Below, piece after piece: positions 40,260 to 53,657 of a DNA stretch of 64,000 bases. Source of the DNA: Octopus bimaculoides (taxonomy: Eukaryota); contig NC_068981.1 of NCBI RefSeq assembly GCF_001194135.2, forward strand, positions 13,906,061-13,970,060. The letters run 5' to 3'. Made by a program: the position numbers and the translations under genes. A model generated the notes under the pieces. That model was not told where the DNA came from, did not search any database, and saw nothing but the letters and a program-made list of their open reading frames with translations. How positions within the stretch are numbered: position 1 is the first letter of the stretch; every line of letters begins with the position of its first letter.

Positions 40260-40870
40260 ATTATTGAGTGAAGATCAGGACACGCATGGTGTATTTGAGG
40301 ATCAGTCCAGTTTCGGTGAAGTGATTAGGTGAGAAAGATTTTTGGAGGGTTATTCCTCTGGTCAAGAAATATTGAGAAAGTATAGGCTTGGAAGTTTAGT
40401 GATGACAAAATAAAAAAGTTGCTCTTGGGGTTGGCTTCATTGAACGTGATACACAACCTACAAATTCGAACTAAACATTGCAATAGGGGCAGAGATATGT
40501 CGGTGAATCCGTGCTCTCAGGTTGAAAGTATATTGAACGATGAAGCTTTTTTCAGTCAGCCGAATTCTATAGACAACATCAACTAGCATCTATAAATCTT
40601 AATACGTTTTCTTGTGAGCGAAGTATCAATCAAAATTTAAGTATCTTCTGAGCGGAAGAAGTGAAGCTTGTATGAGTTATAATGAAAAAAGTCGGATGTG
40701 TGGATATTAGTTGTCCACAGCGTTGGAAAATAGTATTTAGCAGTGACATAAATTAGTTTCTCGTTTAGAAGTAGAATAAATTGGTCTGACTTAAGAAGCA
40801 GAAATCATCATACTTTTTGGTCATGACTGTTGCCTACATTACTCTAAACTAAAAGTCTTGTCCCAAACAC
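40260..40870 (-). mobile_element. Ancient CR1/L2-type LINE relic
   Basis: Purine/T-skewed plus strand, with broken minus-strand frames resembling LINE ORF2 C-termini (e.g. WNNPPKIF). Confidence 0.45.
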
Positions 40871-41839
40871 TAGATTTTTCATCTTCTTCGCAGTAAACCA
40901 ATTTATTACACATGCGTGAATCAATTTTCAAACTGTTGTTCTTTTCTTTTATCAATCTACCTTGAGAGAATGTAAGGCCTTTAATTTACAACGAATTTTC
41001 TGTTTTTAAAGGAAAGCAAGTTTAGTAATTCACACCCAACTTTAACCATCAAAACAATACAGAATAATGATGTCTCACATTGGAACGAAGCCATATGTTT
41101 GTAGAAAATTGAGCTTACAAATTGTTAACACTTATGTCACAGAAATAATATAGAGACTGAAGTTGTACCAATTCTACTACTTCAACTTGAAGTGAAATGT
41201 AATGCAATTAATTTAAATGAATTTGCATAAGGATTTATTGCATTGCGTAAGATGTCACAAACTTGTTTCAGAGTTGTACTGTCGATTAAATTGCAAAACC
41301 CAGAACATGTCAAGTGTTTCATTTATCGACTACAGGAAGACTGACTACATAGAACTTCGTATTGAACAGATAGTCGTAACTACATACGCACTCAATGCAT
41401 TCAAAACGGAGCACTACCGATTCGGCAACCACACTATAATATAACGATTAAGTGAATTTATATAATTGCTTGTTATAAAGTTTGCCTGTGGGATATTTCT
41501 ATAACTTCATAAAGCATCAAAACTCCAAAGACTTTTGAATACGAACATTATATGAACATTTTACCCATGAAAATGTTTTGCATATTTTTAGACTAATTAA
41601 TATTTGATTCTTCCTGAATAATAACAGTTACTCTCAGTGGAGTTATGACAGTGAATTACGTGATAATATATTATATCAAATGCATTTTCCTAAATATAAT
41701 TTCCTTTTTATAGTCGAAGCTAATTGGAAAGAGAGAAAAATGTATATTATCAGTATTAGTGTTACCGAGATGTAATGAATAAATGTTAGAGTTGCCTCTT
41801 TCGGGACTTGAAATCAGAAACTAGAAGTTTATTGCTTCT

Positions 41840-43250
41840 TTTTATGACTTGTCTGGAGGGGCGGTTGCATTCATGACCTTCAGTAATTTTGCGGTGTTGA
41901 TGAGATAGATGAAGTTGTGTTCATTTTGAAAATCTGTAAATATAGGTGGCGAGAGAACTCTGGAGGGGTGACATTCTGCAGAAAAAAGTTTTCGTTGTAC
42001 GAGTAACAAGGGAAGAGAGACGAGTGTGTTGGGTGGAGTGGAGTATTGTGTAATTAGCCCTGATGAGTTTGCACTTGCGTTATGTTTAATAGCAGTGAGA
42101 GTTGGTCGATTTCTCAGGACGCGCTTACTCATTTGGTTTCGATGACATTGAAGATGTGCAGGTCTCAATTATCTAGGTAGTTCTGTAAAGTGGAACAGGA
42201 GTAAAGCTTAGAAGTTAAGTGATTGGGCGTCTGGTGGAGTGAAGTGGAAATAATTTGTAGAAGCGTTCCATAGTATATATAGTGAAAAACGATAATGAGT
42301 GAAGAAAAGCTTTACGCAGATATATAGTTTACGAAGCTGCTATGGTTAGAAATAGCAGAGTAAACGTTACTGAGTAGAGATCGTTTTCATATGTCACACA
42401 AAAATAAGCTGCGAGAGACCTTCGGCACTAAAGCACAGAATTTAAGTCTTTGGTTCCGATGGTCACATTGTTAGTGTCTTCTCTCGTTTTCAACATGACT
42501 GTCAAGCTGGCATGAGTGGGTCATTTTTCGCAGGCGTTATTCACTCGTAGCTTCGATTGTGGCACTGTAATGAAGCTACGAGTGATCAATAGCGGAGTTC
42601 GTATTTATGTGCTTTGTTTGTGTAAGATGTGGACGGGAATTCTGAAGTGGATAGCTACATCGCTATTTAAAAGAAAAAGATATAAAGTAGATGGGCTGCA
42701 AGTTAGCGTTAGACAGACGGAGATTTATCTGGGGCAAGTGTTAGATAGTTTTATCAGTAGACAGGATTAAGTAGTGATCAGAATCTAAGAGGACCATAAT
42801 TGGGAATTCATATAAGCCTGTTTTAAAGGCAATAGAAATATAAAGAGTGTTCAAAGTGTATGTCTATGAGGATTAGTGTGGGGACATTAGTAACTGTGGA
42901 TAAATTATAATTGCATAATTTCCCCTATTTGCTCAATAAGCGTCGGTGTAGGAGGAATGAGTGAGCCAAGAACAGTTGTGAATAATGGAATTATCAAAGC
43001 AGTAGACATATGACCTGGATGAAGTTAAGTGGATTGCGGTGGTAATGATACCGCGGAATATATGCATTGCACCATCTCAGTGTTCTACCTAATTACCTGT
43101 TATAGACCTTTGTTATTTTGTTGTTGGCAGGAATTGTCTGTCTGTGAGAATCAGAAGCATGATCAATAATCGCAAACTAATCAAGCACTTGTTTTCGGAG
43201 CAGATAAATGAATTTATAGATGTAAATAAAAGTGTGACTAATGAATGCAA
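41840..43250 (-). mobile_element. Ancient CR1/L2-type LINE relic
   Basis: Broken minus-strand frames (LRPAHL…; NATAPPD) and strand skew typical of old ORF2 sequence. Confidence 0.45.
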
Positions 43251-45830
43251 CCTGTGTAGTGGATTTGAACGTAAAAGCTATTAGTCGGGGGATCAGTACT
43301 TAATCTATTCATGTATTTCGCCTTTAATGCTATAATGTATGGATATGCAAAAACACATGCCTATACCATATGCCAGTTCATTTATATGCTGCAATGGCAT
43401 CGAATAGACATTTACTGTCTTTACAGAATGCAATGCATGAATAGATTTCAACTAACTGAATTTCGTTTAAAAAATATTTCTGCTAAGTGCTAGCTACTCG
43501 GGACAAAATATTTAAAATTAAATTAAGCTATATATAACATCTTGTTACGAAACAGAACAAGATGGAAAAACTTCTTCAATATTGATTTTTCTTACGATAA
43601 AAATAAAGATAGAATTATATAACAAAATGTATTGTTCTATATTCTGTTATACAAATGGAATCGATTGCTTTTCGCGGTTTAGAAAATATTTCTATACTTT
43701 TTCTATCTCTTTTGTGTTAAGTTGTCCTAGACAATATCTGCATGCTTCCGAATCACTTATTTCATCCAAAATGTTCTTTCAACAATCTTACTAATAATTT
43801 ATATGCCATTCTTTCAAAGCCAATGCAAACACGTCATGTTCTTCATACCTCAGCTAGCTTACACACGGAAAGGAAATGCAGCATATTTATTTGTTTCTCT
43901 ATGATTTTATATAACAAAAAAATAATGAAACAGGAAGAAGAATATAGCAAATTATACAATAGCGACATGGAAAGGAAACGACAAAAAGATTTTAATAACG
44001 GAAAATACCATGAATTAATTTGAATAAAATATTATTCAAAATAAAACATACGTAACAATCCTTTGAATATCAGCATTGTGACACGAAATGCAAAATCCAA
44101 GTTTTAGCAAGTGCTAATTCTTATACTTTAATAAATCATCATCTAAGTCTTTTCAGTTCAAACCCTGATCCTCTCAGCATATGGACCTTTTTTTCTTTAA
44201 CAGTAATTCATATTGAAATGTACAAATTATACAAATTACAAAGCCTTCTATAATGTACCTGAACAATCCCCATCTAGCTTCTATAGAAGTCGTGTTGAAT
44301 ATAATAATATATTAACCAATGTCGTCTAAGATGTCATATTTTTCAAAGAGTGTAAAATGTGACTAAAGAAAATCTGGAAGCTATTTATAGTAGTTTGAAC
44401 AATTATAAAGCAGCTTCCTTAATTTTGCGAAGTAATTTTATTATTATTTGCTGGTTTGAAGAACATTGTTTATGTATAAGAATTATGAAAATATTACATG
44501 ACAAACACTCCTAAGTTTTGACTTCATCACTTTAACCACATTATTTCTGTAGAGGAAACAGTTGTTTCCAGTTGAATAATTAATATAATGTTCATACAAT
44601 CGTTCACAAAGGAATGTAGGTAGGGAGTAAGTTTAGGCTGGTTACGTCTTTACTGTTGTTATTTAGTGCCTTGTTTTCTTTCTCTTTCCTTGTACTGAAA
44701 GCAAGAAATACATTAAATACAACTAAAGAAATTAGCATCATCCTACGCACATTCTTTTGAGGAATAGATTGGACACACCTAGTTACTAAGGGCTTAAATA
44801 CTGGACTTTGTACTTCTATCATTTACTCTGTCAAAATCCAATAATACTAAAATCAACAAAGATATTATCACAGCTAGTGCCAGCCTAACAATGAGAAACA
44901 CCTTGTTTACAGAGTTGTACATGCATGAATAAATTCTAATCACGAACATATCCACAAATTTAATCAACTGAAAATCTTCCAAAACACCTTTCTATAACAA
45001 CTGGAAAACGTAGTTACCACCCTTAGACCCACACACCCAAAGATGATTTTAACTCAAAGGCGACTATATAAAGGCAAGCCTAACTCTAATGCATTGCACT
45101 CCGGTGATGACTTAATTCGCCAAAACTTCAATGTCACTGTCAACATTTTTGTATAAAGAATAATAAAGTTGTACTTTAAAAAAGAATATTGTAAGCCATC
45201 AGATTCATGAACAATTCTTTTTTATTATAACTAAATATAAAAAAAATAAACTTGACCATATTTGCATGTATGTGCGTGTGTTTGTGTGTATGTAAGCGGA
45301 GGGGTACACGCGCTGAGATGAGTTAAACTAGTCATGTATATACAAATGCATTCTCCTACTTCTATTTATCGAGATGACGTACCAAATTCAGTAATCTCGC
45401 GGCAATGTTATATCTGAATATTTATATTTATTTTTAGATTCGATGAAAAATCAGTAGACTCGAAGCATATCAGCCGTTAATGATCTATATGGGTGTCTGT
45501 TTGGATTATATTAACAATTCTTTAACAAACAGGGTGTGTGTGTGTATATATATATGGAGAATATTATTATTTTTAAATCTCTGAACGAGAGACATTTACT
45601 AACAGTACTCTATAGCAGTACTGCTGGATAGGACGATTGCTACTGTTATTTAGACCCAGAAAACATCGTCTCCAGCTAGCTATACGACACATTATCTTCG
45701 CCATTATATTTTCGAACAAGGGAGTTTAGTGTCCCCACTCAGCTCAAAGTGATACACAGTCACTGATCTAATAAATAGAAAATTTATATTTCTAAATCTC
45801 CAAACGAGAGACATTCAGCAACAGTACTCT

Positions 45831-45988
45831 AGAGTAAAGATTATTTGCCATCATAATGTGGCAGCCCTGGTTAGGACGATTGTTACTATTATTTAGCCAG
45901 CTGGAGACGATGTTTCTTGGGGCTACATAGCAGTAACAATCGTCCTAACTAGGACTGCCACATTATGTTGGCAAATAATCTTTACTCT
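45831..45988. repeat. Foldback: 68-bp inverted arms with a 22-nt loop
   Basis: Arms 45831-45898 and 45921-45988 are identical at 62/68 positions. Related single copies occur at ~45615-45690 and ~13880-13965. Confidence 0.92.
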
Positions 45989-46047
45989 CTCGCTGTCTCT
46001 CCCTATCCCTCCCCCTCCCTCTCTCTCTCTCTATATATATATATGTG

Positions 46048-46089
<42 letters not shown>

Positions 46090-47553
46090 TGTGTTTGCAC
46101 ACACATACACACAGACACACACATAAACATATGTGCATCCGGTTTGTTCAATATAATTGCCAATATAATTATTTTAATAATGGTACTGTGCATACTACCG
46201 TTTGTGAAATATAGTTAAGTTAGTTCAATATAAAACTATTGGAATCCATACTTTGTCGAACGATCGATCGATATATATATATATATATATATTACACAGA
46301 CAGACATCCCAGATATTTGGCTTCTCTAAATTGTAATACTTATCGTTGTCATTATCAAAAATGCTTCGATGAAGCTGTTTCTCTGTGGGAAGTAATCAAA
46401 CAGTTAAAAGAGAAATACATAATTATAAGCATCTCTATCTTTCTCTCTCTCTCTCTCTCTTACACACATACGCATACACACGCGCTCGCACACTCACTCT
46501 CTGTTTAAATGTATATACATGGGTGAATCAATAAATCTCTTTATTTATCTACTGTCGACATAGTAAATGATCCCAGCCTAATATCCACAAAGACCCTCTC
46601 CTAGTCAGCTTCAATCTAACCAAAATTTCACCTCCCTTTTTCACCTCTCCTTTTCTTTAATCGTATTCTAAAATATTCTTTTCTACTCCAGGCACAAGGT
46701 CCGAAATTTTGGGGGAGGGGCCCAGTCGATTAGTTCGACCGCAGTACACAACTATTACTTAATTTATCGACTTGAAATTTTCAGTCAACATCTTGACCAA
46801 AGTAAATAGATGGCTCATCTATGTAGTTTGATCTTAACATGGGCCCCCTCAATCGCTGAGTCCCCCTGCGACCGTAGGGGTTGCAGGGGCTTAGCGACGG
46901 CCCTGGATCTAGGCATCTACTAAACAAGCTACCAACTTAATTTTCACAATCCACAAATAGCTAAAATGAATTAAAAGGCAATTATGTTTTCCATTCATAA
47001 GAAACCTTCTGTCGTACTTTTTAATAAGAGTCAGCCAGTTTTATTACAGCCATGTCTAAATCATGTACATACTATATTGTATTACATTGTATTCACATTG
47101 TAATCTGTTGGTCATGTAAAGCGCCAATCAGTCTCTTGAGTGCTTTGCTTGCTACAAATCTCTGTGCGCTGTACTCTACCTCTCACTCTTTTCATTTCTC
47201 TATGTTAATAGCAAAGGGTATTTCTTTTTATCGTTCTCTCTCTCTCGCAGCCTGTGTTGCGTTGTCACACATGTCACTCTCCCATATAAATATTTATACA
47301 GATACACGTTCATGCACGCAATCGGTCTTGAGCTACTATTGTATCACTCACTCTACCTCTCATATTTTTTTTTCTCAACCCAGTCACACTGCTTTCCTTT
47401 CCTTTTACATACAACGCACAAACACACAATGACACAAACATACACACACGTACATTCGTACATTCGATTTATAATGCATCATAAATGTCCATGAATTGAT
47501 GACAATTACAAGAGACAAAGTTCAGCAGATGAAGATATAAGCGAAATACTTAC

Positions 47554-47607
47554 CATAGATCCGAGTAAATAATGATATCCAAATTTATTCATGCCGACTT
47601 CACTGAT
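47554..47607 (-). CDS. GRIA-like: Preceding 54-nt exon of the same iGluR gene
   Basis: Minus strand reads tcttatttttcag|ATC AGT GAA GTC GGC ATG AAT AAA TTT GGA TAT CAT TAT TTA CTC GGA TCT ATG|gtaagt, giving ISEVGMNKFGYHYLLGSM. It has the GYHY motif (GluA2 VITIGKHVKGYHYIIANL, recalled), strong splice sites and phase 0/0, and joins in frame to 1841-2002. Confidence 0.9.
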
Positions 47608-47907
47608 CTGAAAAATAAGAAAATAGACATTTTGAGATATAGAATTATATTTTATTAAGAATTATGTTTTTTTGAGCAAAACTTCTTGAACTTATTCTTT
47701 TTATTGTTGCTCATGTTAGCCGTAAACTGTCACGTTTCGTTTAGTAGTAACGCATCGATATTGAAAATTCTTTTCTTTTTTTTAATTTTATCTATATATT
47801 TATTTATTTGATTTTACTACGAACAAGTTTAGGGACATTTTAATTCTAGGGATATCCGTGTATAGTTTTCTTTTAAAACCGAAGATGAGCCCAGACACAG
47901 ATTATCA

Positions 47908-47982
<75 letters not shown>

Positions 47983-48104
47983 NNNNNNNNNNNNNNNNNN
48001 NNNNNNNNNNNNNNNNNNNNNNNNNNNNNNNNNNNNNNNNNNNNNNNNNNNNNNNNNNNNNNNNNNNNNNAAGAAGAAGAAGAAGAAGAAGAAGAAGAAG
48101 AAGA

Positions 48105-48240
48105 AGAACTGGCAGAAAAATTAGCACGTTGGGCAAAATAGCGGCTCTTCGTCAGTCTTTACTTTCTGAGTTTAAATTCCGCCGAGGACAACTTTGCGTT
48201 TCTTCCTTTCGAGATTGATAAAATAAGCACCAGCTCAGCA
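48105..48240 (+). mobile_element. SINE family C, 5' part
   Basis: Contains tggcagaaaaattagcacg…ctgagtttaaattccgccgaggacaactttg. Confidence 0.75.
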
Positions 48241-48349
48241 CCGGACCCGAGGCAGCCTAGATATCTCTCCCCCAGACTTACTCATCTTGAACCAAACTTT
48301 GAAAACGTTGTTGATTTTGTTGTTGTTATTATTATTGTTCTCTTTTACT

Positions 48350-48560
48350 CTCTTTTACTTTTTTCAGTCATTCGACTGCGGCCATGCTGGAGCACCACCT
48401 TTAGTCAAGCAAATCGACACCAGGACTTATTCTTTGTAAGCCTAGTACTTATTCTATAGGTTTTTCTTGCCGACCCGCTAAGTTACGGTGACGTAAACAC
48501 ACCAGCATCGGTTGTCAAGCGATGGTGGTGGGACAAGCACACTCACACATACGCACATAC
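48350..48560 (-). mobile_element. SINE family B, 3' half
   Basis: Contains cggccatgctggagcaccacctttagtc…aagcctagtacttattct…atcggttgtcaagcgatggtgg. Confidence 0.85.
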
Positions 48561-49224
48561 ACACAGACACACACAGACACACACAAATATATATATATAT
48601 ATATATACATTCACTCAGATTAGAGTTGGGATTCTAAACTGATGATGTGAAATGTATATTATACGAGGCAGAGAGCGTAGGATTGATATACAGTAGAGGT
48701 GCAAACAGTTGGCTGTGGTTTGACAGCTGTATCAAGGATTTATCATAGAATGAAGGAGAAACATCCACAAGACTTTGGATTATATTACGTTTTAGCATGG
48801 ACAGCAGTGACTGAGTATTGAAGTCCTCTGGTCCGAGACCCTTATTCACTCCCACTTCTCATTGGATATCTCTCCACAAAGTTGCATAGTCCAACTTCAA
48901 ATTATAACTCAATCCAATTAATGTCTTATTGAATTTTATGTATTTTATACAATTATATATGTATCCTATTTCTTTAATCTTCATTAGAATTTTAATAATA
49001 GCATAATATAATCTACTATGTTTTTATACAATTTATCTCAACCATCCCACGTTTTTGTAAAGATATGAAAAGAAGAAAAGGAAACAATAGGTTAATTGAT
49101 GCGAGAGTATCCAGTTTTAGAAAACGCCTAAAGTATATACTATTTATATATATAATTTATAATTCATATATATGTATACACACACACACGCACGCATACA
49201 CACACACACTCACGCACACACACC

Positions 49225-49264
<40 letters not shown>

Positions 49265-49407
49265 CATATACATACGAATATATAGATATATATATGCATA
49301 CATATATATATATACATATATACATATATATATATTTAAATATGTATATACATATATATTTATATATGTATATATATATGTACATACACACATATATACA
49401 CATATAC

Positions 49408-49447
<40 letters not shown>

Positions 49448-50469
49448 NNNNNNNNNNNNNNNNNNNNNNNNNNNNNNNNNNNNNNNNNNNNNNNNNNNNN
49501 NNNNNNNNNNNNNNNNNNNNNNNNNNNNNNNNNNNNNNNNNNNNNNNNNNNNNNNNNNNNNNNNNNNNNNNNNNNNNNNNNNNNNNNNNNNNNNNNNNNN
49601 NNNNNNNNNNNNNNNNNNNNNNNNNNNNNNNNNNNNNNNNNNNNNNNNNNNNNNNNNNNNNNNNNNNNNNNNNNNNNNNNNNNNNNNNNNNNNNNNNNNN
49701 NNNNNNNNNNNNNNNNNNNNNNNNNNNNNNNNNNNNNNNNNNNNNNNNNNNNNNNNNNNNNNNNNNNNNNNNNNNNNNNNNNNNNNNNNNNNNNNNNNNN
49801 NNNNNNNNNNNNNNNNNNNNNNNNNNNNNNNNNNNNNNNNNNNNNNNNNNNNNNNNNNNNNNNNNNNNNNNNNNNNNNNNNNNNNNNNNNNNNNNNNNNN
49901 NNNNNNNNNNNNNNNNNNNNNNNNNNNNNNNNNNNNNNNNNNNNNNNNNNNNNNNNNNNNNNNNNNNNNNNNNNNNNNNNNNNNNNNNNNNNNNNNNNNN
50001 NNNNNNNNNNNNNNNNNNNNNNNNNNNNNNNNNNNNNNNNNNNNNNNNNNNNNNNNATATATATATAAGTTACTTTATAAATGTAAAGAGAAGCCTGTAT
50101 TCAGTTAAAGTTTAGGTTTGAAAACACGTGGGTGTACTCCTCTACGTTACACAAATATGAAAGCTTAAAGGACTCTTTCTGATTTCAGAATAGAATTATG
50201 TGACATAGTCTCATGATTTGAAATCTCAGAGCATTGTTAATGGCAACCCTTACTTTGATCTTTAAGAGACATGTATCTGTCACTGTATGTTGTATTTTTG
50301 CAACGTACAGGTACACCTATCGTTTGTTTACAGCACTACCCAATAAATTTTAACTTTCGCAGTACAGACTCGATTTCTAACCTCACTCATTTCTAACCTC
50401 ACTAGATTTCTAACCTCACTACTGTCCTCTGACGCAAACAATTGTAGTATTTTCCACTGCATGGTGTAA

Positions 50470-51432
50470 TATGGTTTTGTGTTATCAGATATTCATTTTT
50501 CATTATTTTGTTTTTATAATTCTGGGTTAACAGACATTGGTATTGTGCAGGGAGAGTCAGCGCTTCAGTTTCGGCTCTTAGTCAAGAGCTTTGGGCTATT
50601 GCTGGCTTTTAATTAAACTCACTTCCTCTCTGTCAGGCCCTGCAGTGTATTGGCCATGGAGTAATTTTTCTCTCCATTTCTTCTTCAGTATCATTTATAA
50701 TTCATTTTTCGTGTTGCTTTTTGTCTCTTCCACCATTTCTGCTATGTTGTCATCTGAGGTCAGTGTGTCAGTGTAGTTTGCTTCTGTTTTTTATTTTGTC
50801 GCCTCCTTGTGTTTAGAGAAAAGTGTTTTCTTTTTCGGATGTTGCTTTAATAGATGTAATAGTCTTTCCTTCTTTGTTTCTAAGTATATTGCCAGTCCAA
50901 CTATTGTTATTTTATAGTAGTTTTCTATCTGTATCAGGGCACGGCCTCCCTCTGAATGGAGTAGATATATGCTGTCTGCGTCTGCTTTAGGGTAGTGTCT
51001 TCGGTACGCTGTTAGTATTTTTCTGGATTTTATCTCTTGGTTTCTCATTTCACTGATCTTCGAGTATGTTATGTTAAAGCTGTAAATTATGACTGGTATT
51101 CCTAGATATTTGTATCGGTGGTTGTGGTTTAATTCTCTCATTTCTGTGTCAATGTCGAGTGCAGTCTTTTTAGTGCTGAATAATTTGCTTCTTCGCAGTG
51201 TAACTCTGGCACATTTGTCCAGCCCCATGCTCATTCCGATGCCATTGCTGAAACTGAACAATTTTGATAATGTCTCTCTGCTCTATGGTCCTATTAACGT
51301 AAAGTTTTACGTCATCTATGTAGAGGAGATGGTTTATTTTTTAGTGGTTTCGTTTCACAAGTTTGTTAGCGGGGTTAGAGAAAGGCAGAAAAAGCAGGGG
51401 TGACAGTGAGTCTCCTTGGAAAATTCTTCTTC
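50470..51432 (-). mobile_element. R4/Dong-like retrotransposon RT fragment, 5'-truncated
   Basis: Reads RIFQGDSLSPLLF, HLLYIDDVKLY, GMSMGLDKCA, YKYLGI, HYPKADADSIYL…GGRALIQIE, KWREKLLHGQY and RAETEAL…QCLLTQNY. It starts immediately after an (AAT)n array on its own strand. Confidence 0.9.
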
Positions 51433-51434
51433 TG

Positions 51435-51466
<32 letters not shown>

Positions 51467-51473
51467 GATTATG

Positions 51474-51530
<57 letters not shown>

Positions 51531-51695
51531 TCTACTGTAGGTACAAGGCCTTGAAAATTTTTTGGGGAAGNNNNNNNNNNAATTATTAGTCGAGTACTGC
51601 GGTCGATGTGATCGACCTAGCCCTCCCTGAAAATTTCAGGCCGTGTACCTATAGTAAAAAGGATTTTTCTTATTTTTATTAAAATTATTATAATT

Positions 51696-52272
51696 GAGTG
51701 AGAGAGCAGTGCATGCCATCAAAGTGACACTAGGGTAAAATATACGAAGCCCATTATACCCATCATGACTACCCGTCTGATAAGGGTACACCAGGTACAT
51801 GCATCCCAACCATATGTGCGCTCATATCAAGATAAACAGCGCATGACCTCGCAGGTGGGGCCCAGTTAGAATTTTCTTCAGGTCGAGTAGCCCATTCTGT
51901 TCAAAAGGTCCCTGAATAAAGTTTGTTTAAGGATGTTGAGCAAAACACCCATGTTTCCAAAGGTGAATTATTCAAACCATAAAGAATTCCTCTCAACACA
52001 TGGCTATGATGCTCCCAGACTACTTCTTCTCATGATCAGAGATGCACATATCATCAACCAATAAGGGACATGCTCAACTGGTTAAAGTCAAGCAACTCAC
52101 AAGCAAACCTGTGGTACTGAGCAGAATATTTGTTGTAGCCCATCTTTTATACCATGACAAAACAATGTACATGATATCACTTCCAATCAGTTAAGATCAA
52201 AAGCTATGAGAGCCACTGCCTGGTATGCATCCGGGCATAGCCATGAGAGCCACTGCCTGGTATGCATCCGGA

Positions 52273-52273
<1 letters not shown>
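51696..52273 (-). mobile_element. Non-coding retroposon-like repeat (family D) with an AAT-type tail
   Basis: Its end (gagtgagagagcagtg…ccatcaaagtgacact) recurs at 8040-8080, again beside ATT repeats. The other end carries a 37-bp tandem duplication. Confidence 0.65.
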
Positions 52274-52333
<60 letters not shown>

Positions 52334-53274
52334 GATGTTAGTGGTGGCGGTAATATCGTTGTTTGAAAAATTTGCTGCCATTCATAGCGCTCTGGTTCGA
52401 AGATGATTTCTTCCAGAACTGCCTGAGGAAAAAATAATATTTCTGTCAGATTACTAACTAAAGTCTTCAGAAAAGATGATCGTCCAGTCAATCACCCTGG
52501 AGTGAAAAATGCATTTCGCCAAAACACTGTTTTTTAGCATTGTATAGATTTGTTTTTATTAACAATTTTTATTATTATTTGTGGCTGAAGCTGGCCTCAG
52601 TATTAGCTGGAGGAGATGCTTAAAACTGTGGTGGTATCCATGATCTCAAGAAGATAAACACACATTGAAATTATAAATAAACAATGGCGCAGACTTATGA
52701 AAATAGACGGAGTGAAAAACTAAACAAACAGTCTTAAGTGTAAACACTTAAATTTGCGCAATGATTAACTTATAAATAGAAGTGTTGAAAATAAGAATTG
52801 GAGTGCGAAAAAGTATAAACATTTTGTAAAGCATCGAAAACACCATTGCCAACGAAATTTCCTCGTTTACGAAAGTTTCAAACGATAATTAGCTCCTTGG
52901 CGTGCGCCAGGTCATGACAATGTATGTAAATAAATACACTTCTTTCTTGGGATCAATGAAGAAAAGGTCATTATGTTTTTGACTGCTGCTGCTGCTGCTG
53001 CTACTACTATTACTAAAATGATTATTATTATTATTTAGGCAGTGAGCAGGTAGAATCGTTACCTCAACGGGCAAAATGAAGTTCAAATTCCGCAGTGATC
53101 GATTTTGGCTTTCATCCTTTTGGCCTCGATAAAATAAGTTGTCATTTGAACACAGGGGTCGATGTAGTCGACTCATCCTCTTCCCAAAAATTGCTGCTCT
53201 TGTAGAAAAAATTGAAACCATTATCATTATTATTAAGGCAGCGTGTAGACAGAATCATTTATACGCCGGACAAA

Positions 53275-53657
53275 GTGGAGACGCAATGGCCCAGTGGTTA
53301 GGGCAGCGGACTCGCGGTCATAGGATCGCGGTTTCAATTCCCAGACCGGGCGTTGTGAGTGTTTATTGAGCAAAAACACATAAAGCTCCACGAGGCTCCG
53401 GCAGGGGATGGTGGCGAACCCTGCTGTACTCTTTCACCACAGCTTTCTCTCACTCTTACTTCCTGTTTCTGCTGTACCTGTTTTTCAAAGGGTCAGCCTT
53501 GTCGCACTGTGTCACGCTGAATACCCCCGAGAACTACGTTAAGAGTACACGTGTCTGTGGAGTGCTCAGCCACTTGCATGTTAATTTCACGAGCAGGCTG
53601 TTCCGTTGATCGGATCAACTGGAACCCTCGACGTCGTAAGCGACGGAGTGCCAACAA
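53275..53657 (+). mobile_element. SINE family A, full length, inserted in a family C SINE
   Basis: Near-identical to 18914-19301. 12-bp TSD acgccgga(c/t)aaa at 53263-53274 and 53658-53669. Confidence 0.9.

Larger units (their letters stand above)
2003..47553 (-). other. ~45.5-kb phase-0 intron of the iGluR gene (length approximate because of N-gaps)
   Basis: GT..AG ends lie between two exons that are contiguous in the AMPA receptor protein (…LLGSM|GFINL…). Confidence 0.78.

Noticed and set aside
46680-48240. Oppositely oriented SINE C pieces flanking the 54-nt exon (circRNA/editing idea)
   Set aside because: They share only ~40 nt of diverged overlap, too little for a stable duplex.
12592-50420. 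Short tandem units (12592, 16555, 50373) as CRISPR-like arrays
   Set aside because: No unique spacers, eukaryotic context, and no cas genes.
52340-52430. Minus acceptor ttttttcctcag followed by AVLEEIIFEPERYEWQQIF
   Set aside because: No GT donor follows before the microsatellite, and it does not match the expected upstream exon.
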